This document shows positions 1-13,757 of a DNA stretch of 64,000 nucleotides, in pieces. Within the stretch, counting starts at the first letter, position 1. Each line of letters starts with the position of its first letter. The DNA lies in the NCBI GenBank assembly GCA_012295275.1, contig CM022679.1, positions 124,001-188,000 on the forward strand, given 5' to 3'. Source of the stretch: Chrysomallon squamiferum (lineage: Eukaryota; Animalia; Mollusca). The position numbers and the translations under genes are program-made. The notes beneath the pieces are model-generated. The model saw nothing but the letters and a program-made list of their open reading frames with translations, searched no databases and had not been told where the DNA came from.

Positions 1-2907
1 TATTATTATTATAAATGTATTAATATTCACTAAGAACTAGAATTTTTGCGATATATATATATATATATATCTAAATATATTATCTTTTTCTTTTTAAAAC
101 TACAATACAATAATAAATGAAATGAAATAAAAATTTTAAAATAATAATAATTTAAAAAAAATATCCAAATAAAAGAATTTTAAGAAAATAATTGTTGTTA
201 AAAATAATATGAAAACAAAACTGTGTGAACAAAATTGATGAAAAACGTGACGTCATCAAACGTGAAAGATGTCAGTGGTGGCAACAGGTGTTGTTTTGTG
301 TTTGAGAAATCTCATTCAAGTGAACGATCAGCCGAATTAATCGATGGAAATTCACACCTTTAAAATTAGTAAAGAAATTCTTGTTCTAAAAGAAATATTT
401 TAATATTTATTGTTATTTTGTTGTAATATGTGTTAAATTAATTATGGTAGCCAGTGTTTTATTTCATCCATCCACTACTTTAGTTTTAAAAAATAGGGGT
501 AATGGCTGGAACAGGAATTATTTGGTGGATACACTGAAAAAGACTGATCTAGTAATAAGCCATGTTTTATGCAAGTTCTTTTTTAAAGTTTTTAAGTAAA
601 TAAGATAATAAATGAAATTAAATTGCCAAAGAATCATTTCTGTAATTTCATTCTGTAATTCAAAGAAATCAGAAGTCATTGATTTTCGATGTAAAAGAAG
701 CAATCTTTAAAAAAAAATTCTACTTTGTATTGCCCACGCAGACAGTGGCAAACATAAGCAAATAACAAAGGAGTTATTTTTCACTGGCGTATATGTAATT
801 AAGTAATTTGCCGTTAGGGATAAATGATAGCAGAAGACGAAAATATCCTCACGCGGAATAGGCAAGGACAAAATAATTATAGTTTTCTTGTATTGATCGT
901 CCGTGAGTCTGATAGCGATTAGCAACGAAAATAAAACAACTCGGCTTACATACACTCTCTCATCCGGTTTGTCACTTACTTATCGTGATCTGCGAAGGCT
1001 TTGCGTGGTGCGCCAGCATACGGAGGAATACAAACAAATAAATAAAACGAGAATATATAATATTAAAAGAAAATATTTGTTAAAAAAAATAGTTTGAGTA
1101 TTTATAATTTTGTTTCAGTGATGTGGGACATAAAATAATTCCTCAGTGCACAGTACTATTTTTCGTTCCAATCATTGCGTAATAAAATAATAATAATAAT
1201 AATAATAAAGAAATAAAGAAAAAAATGCACAAAACGCCTGATACCAATCAGCAATAAAACATGTTAAACAAATGTATTCATTAACAGCACGAGTATGACG
1301 CAATCAAAAACATTTTTTCTCTTACTACACTTTTTGTTTTATTAACTTTATTCTATACAGACTTCTTAATAAATCAGTTTTAAAAATTGTTTGATAATAA
1401 TAATAATAATAATAGCAGTAATGTCGCGCCCACTCAAGCCTGGTTGGAATGGTATAACTGTCTTTACATAACAATATTAATAAAATAATGAAGAAAAATG
1501 ACGAAAACGTAATGATCACACTGAAATCGCAGAATTCAAACAATTATACATTAGAACATAAAAAAAGAGCAATTTTAAAAAGCTTGTCGATTTCAGTATA
1601 TTAATCACATATGAATTTTAATTTATATTTTTTGTTGATAAAGTTACTGACAAAATATTAATATAAAAACATTTGTTGCTTTTAGTGTCAAGTAATTTAG
1701 AAATACCGAAGACTCAGTCATTTATAACTTTGCGCTCTAATAAAATGTGTTTTTTCATTTGTTCTATCACGTAAGTAGTCATACTATGAATCTTACTGAC
1801 ATAAATAAAATACCTTGCAGCTGGAAGTAGCTTTTTTGCTGCTGTAAGAATAAAACAGATTTTAAAATTTCATTTATTTAAACATCTCTCTAACACAGTG
1901 ATTGTTTAAAACTGCCGAGTCTAGGATCAATCCTGTCAGCGACATAATTTCTGTTCTCACTAGTTTTCCAAATGTTGTGGTATGCGCTGTCTGTATTTAA
2001 ATAAATATAAAAGATTTTGATGTCCTCTGTACACTAGTGATATCATTCAACAAAGTTTACACGTCTGACAGATGAATTATCAGTGAGTTGTGATCAAACA
2101 TACGTAGAATGAATTCATACACTTACCTACAATTCTTTTCATCTGCTTAAAAACGAAAAGAAAAACAAGCAAAAATGTTTCAACAGAACATTTTCTTTTA
2201 AAATGAAATCTTTAATTAATTTTTTTTAACTTCTTTTTGATATATGATTCGTTTATTTCTTTTTAAATTTCATTTCTGTTGTGTATACCGTTGAGCAGAT
2301 GTCTGTTTAGTTATCTTCACAAATCTTTTCAATAACATTTTTATATGGTTCATAGGATTTTTTTGATATACAAGACATTAAAAAATATAGATTTAAACTC
2401 TGCTGTTCTGGAGTCCATCTGCAAAGTTACTTAGCAAAGGTTGGATGTTTCCCTCACTGCTTCAGTTTGTGGTTCTAGTTTCTGGTTGAACAGATGTCAA
2501 CTAACTTGTCCTTCAGCTGCTTTTAATTTCTCATTACCATCCTGGACTGTTTCTTTCTTGGCTGTGAGGTCATCAGAATACAACCACAGTTCCTGATTTC
2601 ACAGCAGAACTGTGAACACAGTTCTCTCACTGAGTTTATATCTGATAATGGACACACCCTGTTTGTGAGATATAAACCAGCACATCTTGAAATCAGAGAT
2701 AAACTGTTTTGATTCACTTTCAAGTCCTTTTATTTGAAAACTGGGAATGATGCAATCATTCATTTAAAATTAAAAACACTATTATTTTACTGTACATTTG
2801 ACTTGGTCCCTGGTAAACTTTAAATATAAAAATAACAGATTTATTTCTGGTCTACAGCTCATGTTATGTTTAACAATACCACTTTTATTATTTAAAATAA
2901 TATTTAT

Positions 2908-5900
2908 TTAATAAAATTCTTCTTCAACATCAGTTTTGTTTGGTTTCTGATTTGAAATTTGCTGTTGATTTCTATACATATCAGCCACCTGGAAAATAAA
3001 ATTATTTTTACTAATATAATTATAACTTTAGAAAGTCTTTTTTAATTCTATCAACATAATTATAAACACAGATAGACTATTATCAACAAACATTTACAAA
3101 CAAGTCAAATACTAATATAAGAATACTTTATTTGCCTATGTAATTAACTAGTTCGAGTACTAGTTGGAACGTGAAATTGCAATGAGTCAAAATCTATAAC
3201 AGACTGTCTATCATTCAGATATCTTTTTTTGTATTCCAGAAAGATAAAAAATATTTAATATTTATACAAATTCCTCAACAAATTTCATTATAAAGAAAAT
3301 AGTAAATAAATAAAAAGTAATGATCAGTGTTTGTTCATTTGTTTTAGATAATAAAGATTTCAGTTCAGGATACAAAACTCACAGTACTAAAATTTATAAA
3401 ATGTTGTACCTGACAGATTTTAAACAAATAAAAATCATTTTGTACAAAACTGTAATTTTTCAGGGGTTAGTGTTTACCTGTGTTTTAAAATAATAAATAA
3501 ATACTTTGCATAAAAATGTAATTATTCATGTGTCAGTGTTTACCTGTGTCTTAAAATAATAAATAAAAATGTAGTATTCAGGTGTTAGTGTTTACCTGTG
3601 TTTTAAAATAATAAATAAATACTTTGCATAAAAATGTAGTATTCAGGTGTTAGTGTTTACCTGTGTCTTAAAATAATAAATACTTTGATTAAAAATGTAA
3701 TTATTCAGGTGTCAGTGTTTACCTGTGTTTTAAAATAATAAATAAAAATGTAGTATTCAGGTGTTAGTGTTTACCTGTGTTTTAAAATAATAAATAAAAA
3801 TGTAGTATTCAGGTGTTAGTGTTTACCTGTGTTTTAAAATAATAAATAAATACTTTGATTAAAAATGTAATTATTCAGGTGTCAGTGTTTACCTGTGCAG
3901 CAGATGTTGCCTGTTCAGGTTTCTTGTCTTCACGAACTCGCAGGAAACGAGGGAATCTGAGAGAAATTCCTTTCTCTGGATCAACCTACAAACATCATCA
4001 ATTTAAACTTATTAAAACTAGTTAAACCAAAAACATCAGATCAAAAGAAATTAAAAACTAGTCAGAGGAAACCAATCAAGTAAATTAAATAAAAAAATAT
4101 TACTTATTAAAACTTCAAAAAGACAAAACGTAAAGATTTTAACTGTAACAAAGACGCACCAGTCCACATGCTGCTTTGTGAGTGGGAGAAATGGAGAGGT
4201 CTGCCACTTTGATCTCCCACACTTGAACAGGTTCAAACCAGTGATCTGGCTGCACAGTGCTGTCGTACTGGTAGTATCCCTTCGCTCTATCTACCACGTG
4301 ATCCTTAAAAAACTTTGTGTGTGTTTCAAGTACGTCGTCTGTGAATCCAGTTCCAATCTAAAATTAAATTTATGTTTTTATTAAAAAAAAAAAACATATG
4401 GTATGCCATGTTATTTCCTTGGTGAATTGTGTTCTGAACTAACATTATATCTTAGTCAACTCTCCCTATTACATCACATGCAACATGATTACAACAAATT
4501 CATTTCTAAATTTGGATTCAATCTAAAATTAAATCAATATTTTTGTTCACATATATAAATAAATTATATCATCATATTATATTAAAGTAACTTTAATATT
4601 TTATCTTTCAATCTGAATCAACTTAAAATAAAATTAATATTTTAAATTTAAATATTTTCTAACATGAAGAAATCATTTTATAAAACTTTGTCTTTTGTCC
4701 ATCTAGTGAAAGTATAAATATAAACCATAATTCAGAAAATAAATAAATTAAAAAAATATAAGAAGAAAGAGAAGAATAAAAAAATAAAAAAAAAATAAGT
4801 AAAAATAATAAATGTTGTACTTTGCAGATAGACTGGAATTCTTCATTATCTTCATCATAACACGCCAACAGAAATCCACCATATCCACCAGTTCTTTTAC
4901 CTGCGCCCAGGTATCCCCCAATAGGAACCACATCCAGAGTGTCCCCCACCCCATCCAGGTAATCCTTCTTCAACTGTCAATAAATAATCACTTACAAAAA
5001 CAACTTATCAGTTTATATTTTCAACATAAATAACATTTTTCAAATAAAAAAATAGAATATACTTAACACAGATGAAACAAATTTTCTCTATTTTTATGTA
5101 TGAAATGATTTTACAGCAACAAAAGTGAGACGTTACCTTCAGCCAGTTGTGTGATCTCTTAGCTATTTCATACGTAGCATCAACATCCAGCGTCTTCACC
5201 ATCAGCCCTTCACAGTTACCTGTGTGTTTAAATTATCTACTGTCATTTATTTTTAACAAAGATTTGTTGACAGTAACACATAAAACAACTACTTAAAAAT
5301 ATTAGATTGTTATTATTATTTTTATCTTTTTATTAATAAAAAAGAAAATCATGTCAATCTGACACCTATTATAAATGTAGCATTATAACAGAACTGAAAT
5401 ATGTTTTTAAATATTCACTTACCTTTAATTGACTCCTCAAGGAACTCCTCTATCAACTCAGTATTTGAAGTTACCATTGACTTTGCAAACACAAACTGAC
5501 CTTCGACCTCTTGGAAGTTTTCTCTTAGCAGACGGCGACGTTCACGGAACGGCTTCTTCACCAGTGACTCGCCATTGAGATAAAGTAGATCAAATACGTA
5601 AATACACACCTGTACTTTTATATCTCCAACAGCAGCGTCCTGAAACACACACACTTGTACTTTTACAGCTCATATAAATGACAGAAAGACTTAAAGTTAC
5701 ATATATATAAAATTTTAAATAAATGTTACAGATAAAATTAGAAATGAAAAAAAAAAAACTAAAATTTACTTTTCTTTTTCTTGTAGACAACACTTGGAAA
5801 GGTAGAATTTGTTTGTTTTCCAAACATACAGAAATGTACAGAAATAACTAAAATTTACTTTTCTTTTTCTTGTAGACAACACTTGGAAAGGTAGAATTTG

Positions 5901-8900
5901 TTTGTTTTGCTCGTCCCAGGCGACGGCCTCTGAATCGAGGACGCACGACGTCACTGCGTCTGTGATGGCGTTGGGCATTCGCTTGATGATGTCGGGATAT
6001 TTTGATGTGTTGTCCTCCGAGTTCCTGCTGTAAATGTGAATCTTACCCGACTTCAGCACATGAATCTACAATAAAAAATTTAAATTTTTAAATTTTTAAA
6101 TGCATTTTGGTTATAAGCTGTATTACATTCCAAATGTGTCTTAAACAACTACAGATCTTTATTATTAAAAAACATTTAACAAAAATTACAAAATATTTAA
6201 GTGAAAATATTAAAACTTGACATGAGTAAATTTTGATTATTTCTGGCTTGTGTCAGTTACTGACTCTCAGGTGACTTGTAACATGCACAGAGTTTGTCAG
6301 AAACAAGAAACAATTCAACTGTCCTCCATCAAGGACTGATCCTGTGAACATGACACAGAGAAGTGCACACAGTATTTCAGAGACAAGAAACAACTCAGGT
6401 GTTAACCATGAAGGATTGATTCTACGAATTTCAGAGCTTACCTGAGCTCTTTCCCCATCATATTTGTATTCACAGGTAAACTCCATGTTTTCAAATCTGC
6501 GCAACACCTCACTGACACCCTTTGTAGGGTGAGCCAACATTGGTTTTAGTGGTATTCCTGCAACAACACAACTTCAGTAAAACAAAGTTTATCACAATTA
6601 CAACACTGCTTATACTGACATTCAAAACAATTCACTTTTTTAGAACATCTTTTATTATATTTTTTTTAAAATGAAAATAAAGTTGATCAAAAATATCAGA
6701 TACTAGCTGCTAATTTACTAAAAATGAAATGTGTTTACTTTCTTGACAAAAACAAATTTAAAATGCAAATATGTCAAAAATAAATACCTATGTACGAGGC
6801 AAAAAATAAAGTTATAGCCTAAGTTTATTATAGAGTAAAACATTGACAGGTGTGACATCTCACCTGGTGTCAGTTTACAATGTACAGGTAACTGATGTAA
6901 ACCTTCTTTTAGAAGAACTGGGATGATAACGTCATAGTTTGGTAGTTCACTGTGTAGCACAGAACAAAAAATATTTTTATATACAAATGTAAAAAAAATA
7001 TTTTTTTCTAATAAATAATACAAAATAAACAAAGATTAAATTGTAATATCACTATTTAATATTAAGTTGTAAAGTTGTTTGATTGGCTTCTTTTAAGTTA
7101 TTAAATATATATATTTTTGTTTAAAAACAACAAATAAATAATTAAACACTTATATTAATAAATGAGGTATCAGTTTTCACCTCTGAGGCTGTAACACTAA
7201 AAGTATCAGCTATGGTAGACAGTAAGTATCCTGGCATTGTAAACACCAGAGACTCTGATGTAACTCAGTGTGACTTCTAAACCAGTCACTATGGAAACAA
7301 GGAATATGAAGAGATTAACTAACCAATATGTAGTTTTAACTATCAAAGCAGCTTCATCCAGTTTCTTCTTCAGAATCTCTGCAGACAAACCTTTTCCTGC
7401 ATCCAGTATTTCTGGTGGAAACTCTGTAAATTTGAAATACAACAATAAAATTTAATATATCCTGTAAGAAGTAATTAAAATATATAAACAGCTATTTAAT
7501 TACTACTGCAGATGTAAATAACATTCTCAAAAATTGGTTAATTCTTAATAAGCAGGAATATTGTACTTCACAGTGAAGCAGTAATGAATTACATATACAA
7601 AAATAAAATATTTCTTAAACTTTTATGAAAAACCAATGATCAAAACAAATAAAGGGAGATAAGTCTTCCATGTCTGTTAAACTCGGGGAGAATTGAGAAG
7701 AGTACTTTGTTATTTTACAAAAACTGTAACTGTGTGAAGAAGATAACTGTAGTTAAATGATAAAAGAGACCTTGCTGTGGTGGTGTGAGAAACGCAGCGT
7801 TGCCGAGGGCAGCAAGGACAGACTGCTCCGCGAGTCCGATACGAAGTTTACCTCCCAAACACCTGATCAGGTAGCGAGCCTCACACTGTCTACACGCAAC
7901 AAACAGCCCCTTTATTTTATCTATCTTCTTGTTCATCACCTGCAACAACAAACAACCCTTTATTTTATCTATCTTCGTGTTCATCACCTGCAGCAACAAA
8001 CAACCCTTTATTTTATCTATCTTCTTGTTCATCACCTGCAACAACAAACAACCCTTTATTTTATCTATCTTCTTGTTCATCACCTGCAACAACAAACAAC
8101 CCCTTTATTTTATCTATCTTCTTGTTCATCACCTGCAACATAAAACAACACTTTATTTTATCTATCTTCTTGTTCATCACCTGCAACATAAAACAATTCA
8201 CTTACACAAAAATGATTACAGGAATAGTAAATATCAAAGCAAGTGACTTGAGAAGTATTGATCATGTGGCCCTGTGATTCTCAGGTAATTACATTAAAAT
8301 ACAGACCCCTCTTTGTGTAACAGTCACAGGAAATAACTACTCTTACCTCAGACGACTTTCACATCTCACGTCACAGGTTCAAATCACCACAATTACAAGT
8401 TTAAACAAGAAATTTAGAACAATGTCAGTTTCAGTGAATAATAACGATTAAGCAAAACAAACAAATGGTTGTATTTTATATTTCAAATCCTCATAGCATA
8501 ACATTCACTACCTGTATTATTAAAGAAGATTTCTATTGTTATAAAAATATAAATGTGACATATAAAAATACAAAACAGAAGTAAACTTTTCTATATTTAA
8601 AATGTGCACACTTACAGAGTTCCCACTCATACAAGCAATTTCTTTAAGTCGTACAAACACTGTGCACACCGTCAGCTTGGCAGGGGTGAACATCGTTGTC
8701 TGGTTACTGCGACTACTCTGTAAAAGAGTAAACAGATTTTGACTAATATGATAGTGTTCTAACATCAGATTTTGTTTGTCTTGTTCAGTCATTCACCAAG
8801 GAAATGGGAAAGTAAGGTAAGATAACTATACATTTCAGATCAGTGCCGTATTAACCATGGCCGGGTTCCCAGGTTTTACAAATCTTGTCTTGTCTGTTCT

Positions 8901-9093
8901 ACAGTATTTCACTTCACTGCAGCAGGCAACTGTGACATAGCAGAAGAAAAAAAAGGATGAGATCCATTTGAAAAAATAAGGCAGTATTCCTTTACAGTAA
9001 TTATAGTCCCCTCCCTTTTACTCTTATCAATTTGACCCTAATTTTATTTATTAAGTATGATAAAATAAATAAACTATTACAAAATTTAATATA

Positions 9094-9152
<59 letters not shown>

Positions 9153-10568
9153 AATAATTACAAAAACAAAAACACAAATAAACGGAATTTGAACACGAAA
9201 CTGAATAGTGTAACTTGGTGCGGAAACTTGAGTGTCTCACACATCAATTCTATCTTGACAGAATTCAATATTCTCAGCCGAGTATTGAGGTGATGTTAAC
9301 TGTACCCAGCATCACACTGGTATCACTGTGATGCACACACTGATGTTTTAATCAAATCTGATTTTTCACAAGAGTTTTCTTATTACAATTTTTTTTTATA
9401 TATTTAATTGAAGTTTAGGTCTACTTGTTGTGCACATCCAGTGGTTGTATTTGACTGAAAGAGCTATTTGTTATAATCTGTTTAATAATTCATAATGTAA
9501 TAAATGAGGAATAAAACAAACAAAAAACATTTACAATAAATAATAATAAATAAATAAATAAATAAATAAATATAAATCAAGAAAAAAAAAGAAAGAATGA
9601 ATACAAAAAAAAGGATAATAATAATAGTATCGTAAAAAATAAAATATATAAATAAAAGATAATTCTAAAATATTAATAAAATATAGCAATTTAAAAAGAA
9701 AAGTAAATAAAAGGATGAAAATAAATTAATTACACAGATTTACTGCCTCCAGTGAAGTCTGGAAATGAAGAAATGCGTGATGATTATCTGCTGATGTGAA
9801 TTTCACTCAGTCTTTATTGATTGGTCAGGCCTTGCTGAGCCAGACACAGTCTGTGCTGTCATATTTGTGTGATTACTTCACACAGGAGTCTTTACTGGGA
9901 TCATTTTTAAAGTGATTGAGAGAAGATTGAATGACTGTTGATATGGTGATAAACAAACTCACTGAGAAAAAACAGCAAGAAGCACTGAAAGAATTAAAGC
10001 CAGAGAGAGAGAGAGAGAAATAGATTGAGGGATGTGATGAAAGATTGAGAGAAGGAAACAGACCTAGATGGAAAAATAAAGGGAGAGAGAAATAAAACTA
10101 TTTAAAATCATCTTACCTCAGCCACTAGCCCTAAATCACCTTTTTCCTTAGCATCAATTTTTATTTTCTCCAAGCTGCGACCTTCACAATAAATAATTTA
10201 ATTATTTATCAATGTGTTATTAAATATAAATTCTTACAGTGAATGTACATACAATCAGAAATTAATAATTTATTTTCTAATATGTTTTATTTCTCAGAGA
10301 AGAAAGTCTTACAGAATTGATGGGAGCTGCAATGGCTCACAGGATCCAGTCTATCACTGTGTTATTTCCCGTTCCACTAGTAACAGCTGACAGCCAGTTT
10401 CTTTATGGCCTATGGAAGTGCTTTAAAAAGGAGACTTTGCTGCTGAATAGTTCAGATGACAATAAAAGATTTCATCTCATCACATTTCATCATCACATGA
10501 ATGATTTCTATCAGTTTGAACTTATAACAAACAAAAAACATCTGCATGTCTTAAAGCATTATGAAAAA

Positions 10569-10600
<32 letters not shown>

Positions 10601-13600
10601 GAAAGATTTAAAAAAAAAAAAATAATTAAACTGTGTTTAATTACCTGTGGCCTGTGCTACAGCTCTCATCATGATTGTCTCCCCTATTCCTAGTTCGACA
10701 CCTGCATAATCAGGAGCCAGCTTGTTCAAACACAAATACACACACTGTAACAGATCAGCAGGGGAGAGAACCACAACTGAACGAAAGAAATTAGACAGAA
10801 TTCTAATCATCTCTAACCTGAAAAACAAATAAGTAATAATAATCAATAATAATGTATTATGATTGCTTTTAAGCATTAAACACGAACTTTCATTTATAAA
10901 AAAAATGATTTCTTTTTTTAATTGTTTTAACACAATGTTGTCTTTGCTATTAATAATACTAAACAACTGACTTTAATCAGGTGTATTATAATCATTAAAT
11001 AAGGATACAATACCTGGCTGATGTGTTTTCAATACACTGAAATGTTTTTGAAAGAGCCAAGTAAGGAACTCTGTAAAACAAAAGTTAATCATTTTTGTGT
11101 TTTCAATCAGATAATAATTAAAGTAAGACAGATAATAATTAAAGAAAGTGTTTTAATTCAAGTAAATTTTTTAAGAATCATTTAAAGTGAGAACAAAAAT
11201 ATAATATTAAGGTTAATAAAGATGAAACACTGCTTATATTTACTTTGTTAAAGTATTTCTGGTGAGAACGTAAATAAAGTGTTTGTATTAGCTGTAAAAC
11301 TGTCTTTATTACAGCAATGTTTATTAAATTTAAAATGTGACAAATGTGACAAAAGAAGATATTTTGTTTACTAACTTGATGAATATTTATTACTAAATTT
11401 TTCTATTTCTTTTTTAAATTGTTTCATATTAAAATATAATATATTAATCATTAATGCATTAATTTACATAAATACTTACTTCTCCTTAACTTTCCAGCAT
11501 GCATCATCAATGGGGTGATACTTAGTTTTACCAGGATCATACAAAGTGTCTGCCACAGTTTTCTTACCACTGAAACATAAAACTGAAAATTACTCACTGA
11601 AATAATTATAGGGAATCAAAAATGGGTGCATGGCAAAAATATCAGTTGGATTTTGTTTTAGAAATAGTAATAATAATCATAAAATTAAAAATGTAAAAAT
11701 CAGTTGTCAGCCTCTTCTGTGATTTGAATTGAAAAAGTCTCAATACTGTCACTTGTATAATAATGTCTTCAGATGTTTGTTGACAAGTTCTGAGATGTTT
11801 TATCTTTAACTAATATTTTAACACACCAAGAGACAGGATGGGCTTCATGTGATACTTTATCTGACACTTATTATGTAGATTCTCTATGCTGTATGTAGGC
11901 GTGTGATATTATCACATGCTATTTGTCTACAAATCTAAAATCTCCAACAAACATGAAGGAATTTTCTGTTAATGAAGAGTTGTTTTAAATGATCAATAAT
12001 ACTTGAAAGGATAAAGATGACTGATAACAGCTAATGTCACTGTCAATAGAAAAAAAAAAAAAAAAAATTAAAAGAGGAAATCCTGTCAATGAAAAGCATG
12101 TTTTTTTTAAGATGTGTGCAGACCAAATCAGCGCAGAGCACAGCACATCTGTTGTGTGAGGCTGCTGTGGATGCCAACACTGGGTGACAAATGTTTGATG
12201 TGTTAATTGGTTCATTGCGGTGCTTCATATTATGTGGCCCTGCTAATTCGTTCATGGTGGAACTTCACTGAGGAAACAATGGCAGCAGACAAAGAAATGA
12301 GATTTTAACTGTTTGTTAGAGCAGACGACATATTGATTGTTCTCAGACAAATGACATCACTGAAAAGCCTGTTTGAAAACAAAGAAAATGGCTAACAATG
12401 AGATATTTAGTTTTTAAAAATAATATTGTCAAAAAGTTGGTTTGCAGTTTCAGAAAGCAGAAGACCAATTCCAGTCTGCATAAATGTGTCAAATAAATAG
12501 AATAATAATAGTAATAATATATGTGTAAGTGGTTTTGTTGTTGTTGTATTTTTTTGGGGGGAAGGGGTATTTTTGTGTTTCTTTAATCATTTTCTTCATT
12601 TCCCCCCCCCCTAAATACTGCTGCTGTTCTTTTCACAAGTCTGCCATCCCAGAGCTTGTTTACTGACATATCTAAGTTTTTTTTCAGATTATTATATACC
12701 TGTCTATAAGGTTTACTTTTTAAAATCAAATCTATGAAGTAAGTATTTGATAACATTAAAGAATTAAATTATGTAGTCATTATATTTCACTTGTCATTTT
12801 ATTAAAACAGATCTCTTTTTCCCAGAAACAATCAGTATGATCTGAAATAAATCTGCCAGTGATATTAAACATGTTGTTTCTGTCCACATTTTCTAATTCC
12901 CTCAGTAAACAAGCAAACCATCTCACATTGCAGACGTGAAGCGAGATGCACTGGAGAATCACCACGGTAACTTAATGAGAGTCATGAAGAGAAATTTCTT
13001 TAAGATTTCACGCCAGTAATTACTGATGATAAGACTAATCCCCCCAGTGGTCTTATCCAGCCAGCCGTCAGCTAAATAAACCAATCAAGCGGCTGACGCT
13101 GACTGCAAGCGCGCGGGCTGCGTGTGACGTGAGCGATGCTGTTAAAAAACCAGGAACGACTCTGGAGGAGGTGTGTGTGAAACTTATTCAATGATAAAAC
13201 AAATTTCACATCAAGTAAGTAACACTTTCACTTTTTTATACTGCTCACTTTTTATTTATAGCTGTTTTTCAAATATTTTATTTAAAAAAAATAAAAAAAT
13301 AAAAAGATCAATTAATTTTTTTTATATCTTTAATGAATAAAAACTTCATTATTAACAATTCTTTTTTTTAATGCATTCATTTGTGTTTTTTATTTTAATT
13401 TTATAATGACTTTATTATTTATTCTCGTTACAAGTTTTTGAAACTAATAAAGCTTTAAATGAATAAAATTATTTGAAATTAAAACTATTATAAATTATTT
13501 GGAAATACTTAGAATATAAAATTCATAAACAAAATGTTCTATATGTACCGAAGTATTAAATAAATAAATGTGGTATGTAAATCAATTATCAAAATTAATA

Positions 13601-13706
13601 AACGCATACACACAAATAAATTTTCATTAGAAAAAATTTAAACATGTTTATTTTTTTAATTATTTTAATTGGAGGTGATTTCTGGATTAACAATACCAAA
13701 GACAAA

Positions 13707-13757
<51 letters not shown>

